64,000 nucleotides of DNA from Planctomycetales bacterium (lineage in GTDB: Bacteria; 4484-113): contig JBBIRS010000007.1 in assembly GCA_037441675.1 (NCBI GenBank), positions 1 through 64,000 of the forward strand, given 5' to 3'. The stretch's first letter is position 1; every line of letters begins with the position of its first letter. This document shows positions 59,976 through 64,000 of this stretch, piece after piece. Made by a program: the position numbers and the translations under genes. The notes under the pieces are model-generated. The model was not told the DNA's origin. It made no database searches and worked only from the letters and a program-made list of their open reading frames with translations.

Positions 59976-61631
59976 ATGGATTTAATTGTCAACAAAGAGT
60001 TAAACAGAGAAACCCTTGAGGCTCGCCCATTGGATGAGCTTCAAGAGCTGGCAAAGAAGTTGGAGATTAAGAACGTCAAGAAATACCGAAAGGATGAGCT
60101 TATTGACGAAATCTTAACACGTGGGTCAGCTTTAGATGCCACACAAAAAATTGAGACCCACCCTAGAAGGGTCGTTGCCCATCTAGAGTCAATTCCATTG
60201 ACCGCTAATTTGGGAGAGCCTACTGCACCGGTAAGCGATAAGGTTTTCCCCCAAATACCTGAAAAGCAAGAGAAACCTAAGGAGGAAGCTCAAGAGCAAT
60301 TGTCCCCAGAGGAAGTTAAAACAGAGGAAGTTAAGGTGGAAGTAAGCCAAACAAAAGAAGAAGAAAAAGTTGAAGAGGCAAAAGAAACTCCCCCCAAGGA
60401 AAAAGAAGAACCAAAAAAGGCAGTCACTCAAGGCAACAACCATAAGCAGGCGGTTTTCAAGGGTCATAGTAAACGCGATGCCCATCCATCTGGTTCCGTG
60501 CAGGATGACTTGGAGCATTCTTTCTTCCAGAAAGGTATTCTTGAAATAGTATCGGATAACAACTACGGATTCTTGCGACAGAAGCACTTCCGCTTTGGCA
60601 ACGATGACATCTATGCCTCCCTATCGCAGATCAAGAAATTTGGGCTTCGAACCGGCGACTTGGTTAGCGGATATGTGAGACCTCCGAGAAATGGGGAGAG
60701 ATATCCGAGTCTGGTGAAAATAGAGGCAATCAATGATAGACCCCCTGATGAAGCTAGGAGACGTCCCCAGTTTGAAGACCTAGTTCCTATTTATCCAAAC
60801 AAGCGACTGTTGCTGGAGGATGACCCAAAAGACGCATCAACTAGGTTGATAGATCTGTTTTCGCCAATTGGGCTTGGGCAGAGAGGCATCATCGTGGCAA
60901 AACCTAAGGCTGGGAAAACTATTCTTCTGAAGAAAATCGCAACTTCCATAGCCCATAATCATCCCGAGGTTGAGTTAATTGCTCTTCTCGTGGATGAGAG
61001 GCCGGAAGAGGTTACAGACTTTCAGAGAACGATTAAGGGTGAGGTGGTGGCATCAACCTTTGATGAAAAGGTGGAGAACCATATTGAAGTCGCAGAGCTT
61101 GTAATTGAATACGCAAAAAGAAAGGTTGAGCGAGAAAAGCACGTGATGATTCTGCTTGATTCACTCACGAGGATGGCGCGAGCTTATAACTTAACCTGCC
61201 CGCCGAGTGGAAAAACGTTGTCCGGTGGACTAGACCCTAACGCGCTTAGAGGTCCTAAGAGTTTTCTTGGAGCTGCAAGAAATATTGAGAACGGTGGCTC
61301 CCTCACCATTATCGCTACCGCATTGGTTGAAACCGGCTCCCGCCTTGATGACATTATCTTTGAAGAGTTTAAGGGAACCGCCAATATGGAAATCCACCTC
61401 TCAAGAGAACTGGCGGATAAGCGAATCTTCCCCGCAATTGACATTATGAAGAGCGGAACAAGACACGAGGAGCTCCTCTACAACGCTGAAGAGCTTGACG
61501 TTGTTTGGAAGCTAAGAAAGATGGTGGCGGATATGGATGAGGCGGATAGAATGAACAGGTTGATTACTAAGCTCCTACAGACAAAATCTAACGTTGAGCT
61601 TCTTTACCTCGTTCATAAAGCGACTGAGTAG
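59976..61631 (+). CDS. rho: Transcription termination factor Rho with an N-terminal insertion
   Basis: GILE..YGFLR, PIGLGQR, PKAGKT, DERPEEVTD, LLDSLTR, FEEFKGT, SGTRHEELL. Confidence 0.96.
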   Translation: MDLIVNKELNRETLEARPLDELQELAKKLEIKNVKKYRKDELIDEILTRGSALDATQKIETHPRRVVAHLESIPLTANLGEPTAPVSDKVFPQIPEKQEKPKEEAQEQLSPEEVKTEEVKVEVSQTKEEEKVEEAKETPPKEKEEPKKAVTQGNNHKQAVFKGHSKRDAHPSGSVQDDLEHSFFQKGILEIVSDNNYGFLRQKHFRFGNDDIYASLSQIKKFGLRTGDLVSGYVRPPRNGERYPSLVKIEAINDRPPDEARRRPQFEDLVPIYPNKRLLLEDDPKDASTRLIDLFSPIGLGQRGIIVAKPKAGKTILLKKIATSIAHNHPEVELIALLVDERPEEVTDFQRTIKGEVVASTFDEKVENHIEVAELVIEYAKRKVEREKHVMILLDSLTRMARAYNLTCPPSGKTLSGGLDPNALRGPKSFLGAARNIENGGSLTIIATALVETGSRLDDIIFEEFKGTANMEIHLSRELADKRIFPAIDIMKSGTRHEELLYNAEELDVVWKLRKMVADMDEADRMNRLITKLLQTKSNVELLYLVHKATE

Positions 61632-61768
61632 TCGGCTTCTCGCTTTATGATGCGTAAATTCTGCATTGATTTTATCGTATTGATAGCGGAGCTTGCGCGC
61701 CTTTAGGGCAAAACTCTTGAAGTAGAGAAGCTCTTTTTAATCTTCATATATAATCTGATTGTATTCAC

Positions 61769-62587
61769 GTGGTTAGCTTCGGGAATGAAAAGAGAATATT
61801 TGGCGTTATTCTTGCTGGCGGAAAATGTCCTTCCTCTCTTGAGAAGAGAACTAACGTTAGCTATAAAGCTTTAATTCAAATTGCGGGCAAGCCACTTCTT
61901 AAGTTTATTCTTGATGCTTTTAATGCCCTTCCGTGGGAAAAACATATCTTACTTGTTTGCGATAAGTCCTGCGGGTACTTTGCCCATGAGGAAGCACCCA
62001 CCCTCAAGATTCTTGATGGGACTTTTTCTGTTCCAGATGCTCTTGAAAGAGCAACTAGCTGGTTCCAAGATGAATTCGGGGAAGACATTCTTGAGGAGAA
62101 CCTGGTGGTATCTTCCTGCGACATTCCCTTCGTAACGGGAGATATACTCAAAGAGATTATCACGGAGGGCGAAAAGTTAGATGCGGACTTGGTCTGGCCA
62201 ATTGCAGAGAGGAGAAACGTTGAAGCGAAGTTCCAAGGATGCAAAAGAACATACGTAAAAACAAAAGAGGGCACTTTCACTGGCGGAAACATTTTTCTTG
62301 TAAGGCCAAGGGTGATTATCAACAAGCTTGCTCTATTTAGAAGACTCTTCGCACACAGGAAAAATCCTCTTGCAATGGCGTCAATTTTTGGACCAAGTCT
62401 AGTGATGAAATTGCTCTTTACAGGGATTTCCATTCCTGATATGGAGAGGGATATGGGTGCAAGGCTTGGAGTAAAACTGCGCGCATTAATCACGCCTCAT
62501 TCAGAGGTTGCGGTAGACCTTGACAAGGTTTCTGATTTTGAAATGATGGAAAGGCTGTTCCGTGAGGAGAAAGCGTTAAATAAGTAG
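61769..62587 (+). CDS. MobA-like NTP transferase domain protein
   Basis: GVILAGG, KALIQIAGKP, SCDIPF, FTGGN, VDLDK. Confidence 0.8.
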   Translation: MVSFGNEKRIFGVILAGGKCPSSLEKRTNVSYKALIQIAGKPLLKFILDAFNALPWEKHILLVCDKSCGYFAHEEAPTLKILDGTFSVPDALERATSWFQDEFGEDILEENLVVSSCDIPFVTGDILKEIITEGEKLDADLVWPIAERRNVEAKFQGCKRTYVKTKEGTFTGGNIFLVRPRVIINKLALFRRLFAHRKNPLAMASIFGPSLVMKLLFTGISIPDMERDMGARLGVKLRALITPHSEVAVDLDKVSDFEMMERLFREEKALNK

Positions 62588-62659
62588 TATTCATTATGCG
62601 TAATGTTCATTATGAGTATTATTCCTTCTCTAAATGTTCTATAATTTATAGAGGGGGAT

Positions 62660-63787
62660 ATGGTTATGATTAGAGCTATACTCAGCATTGCTATTATCCT
62701 TCTCGTTAGCACTCCACTTTTTGGAGAGAATGAAATAACAAACGAGACGACTCTATCCTACGACAAGGGAGAGGTAAGCGGATGGGAGAGGTTGGAGGTT
62801 GAGGCGGCACGAGTTGAGTTCTCAGCTGTTAAGAGCTGGACAGCTACTTATGTAACTGGCTTGGAGGTCTACCTGAAAAAGTACGGCGCCGGGTATAACC
62901 CCGACCGCACTTTCGTTACTTTTGTCGTACAAAATGCTGAGGAAAAGGTTTTATGGCAGAAGCTAATCCCCTTTAGTTATCTTCCACAAAATGAGGGATG
63001 GGCTGAGATAGAAACTGACGTTATTCTTGTCAAGGATAAGTTTTTCGTCACTGTTTATCCCTACGCAAGGCAGGATTTCGGTGTTGAGCTTGGATATACG
63101 GAAGGTTCCACTAGCTTTCGGAGTTATCGCGGAAACCCTAGCAAGGGTTTCAAGAGAGTTGAGAAGAATTATGATTGGATGATAAGGGCAAAGGTTAGAA
63201 GCACGGTTCAACCAAGAAGAACTATCACTACGTCAGAGATTTCTGGAAGCGATTTTATATATTACGATGATGGATCCGCAGATGGTTTTGCGACTTTTCA
63301 GCGAGGTGGAGCGCTCGTCGGATTCAAGAAAGATGGGGTAAACATAATCCGAGATATCTATTTCTACGGCAAGGTTGAAGGTAATTGGTTTGAGGCAAAA
63401 CCTAAGTTTCGCGTTTACTTACTGGATAATGACCTAAGAATCATCACCAGCACAATTGTTGATTATTCAGTTTTAACTGAAATTCCACACTGGACAATCG
63501 TGGACTTTCCAGATACGAGGGTTAGGGGCGACTTTTACGTGCTTATTGAACCGGGCTCAAGACCTCAGTACTCGCTTCATATTGGCTATGACCTATCAAG
63601 GGAGAATAAACACTCTTATGCGGGCACAATCGGCAGATTGAAAAAACTTGACGTGGAGGATATCGCTGGTTTTGGAGTAACGGTCTTTAACTTGAAAGGC
63701 GAGCCAACTGACTCTTTCGTCAATAGATGGCCTGTGGAGATTGACCCAAAAAGGGTTAATTGGCTGATTAGAGTTAGGTATGACTAG
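62660..63787 (+). CDS. Exported hypothetical protein with two tandem homologous beta-rich domains
   Basis: Signal peptide; LSYDKG...WMIRAKV and IYYDDG...WLIRVRY repeats. Confidence 0.7.
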   Translation: MVMIRAILSIAIILLVSTPLFGENEITNETTLSYDKGEVSGWERLEVEAARVEFSAVKSWTATYVTGLEVYLKKYGAGYNPDRTFVTFVVQNAEEKVLWQKLIPFSYLPQNEGWAEIETDVILVKDKFFVTVYPYARQDFGVELGYTEGSTSFRSYRGNPSKGFKRVEKNYDWMIRAKVRSTVQPRRTITTSEISGSDFIYYDDGSADGFATFQRGGALVGFKKDGVNIIRDIYFYGKVEGNWFEAKPKFRVYLLDNDLRIITSTIVDYSVLTEIPHWTIVDFPDTRVRGDFYVLIEPGSRPQYSLHIGYDLSRENKHSYAGTIGRLKKLDVEDIAGFGVTVFNLKGEPTDSFVNRWPVEIDPKRVNWLIRVRYD

Positions 63788-64000
63788 GCGTTCATTTCCT
63801 CAATTACTGCCTTTTTGACAGCAAAGCCAAGAGGATAAAACAGTCAAGGCTTTTTTAGTTCTTAATACACAAATTGAAGGGTAAATGATTCCTCAGAAGT
63901 TTCTGTTGCGTTTTATTTTGACTTCGCTTGCAAACCGCAAGCTATTCAAAGTCATCCGAGGAACTCCGAAGCACTTGACCTAACGTCACCCAGTTTTCGC

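Noticed and set aside
63942..64000. Possible 3' end of a minus-strand gene at the right edge
   Set aside because: Fewer than 20 codons are visible and the frame cannot be determined

Overview
A 64 kb stretch of a bacterial chromosome. kdsA, lnt and outer-membrane beta-barrels suggest a diderm organism, and it uses the standard code because many genes end in TAG. Most of it is housekeeping: rluB-like, pilT-like, yggS, hutI, prfB (+1 frameshift), lnt, tlyA, dnaN, mqnE-mqnA-mqnC, smc-ftsY, kdsA, cstA, tRNA-Leu(CAA), purL, plsX-fabH-fabD, guaB3-guaA-hpt and rho. Five things stand out. (1) A three-gene porin-cytochrome module (9-heme lipoprotein, MtrA/DmsE-type decaheme with a CX4CH last heme, MtrB-like barrel) lies directly behind the futalosine menaquinone genes. 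(2) The left edge carries a phage-derived remnant: a large terminase whose last catalytic motif (DHALDALRY) lies beyond an in-frame TAG, next to a decayed hicBA pair. (3) At least 10 modular GTAG-type REP-like intergenic mosaics are present, including a 30-bp inverted repeat bracketing smc-ftsY. (4) A 14-bp tandem array built on one REP motif sits upstream of rho. (5) There are large surface lipoproteins, one with dockerin-like, PKD and zinc-peptidase domains. All calls come from motif recognition by eye; no database searches were run.
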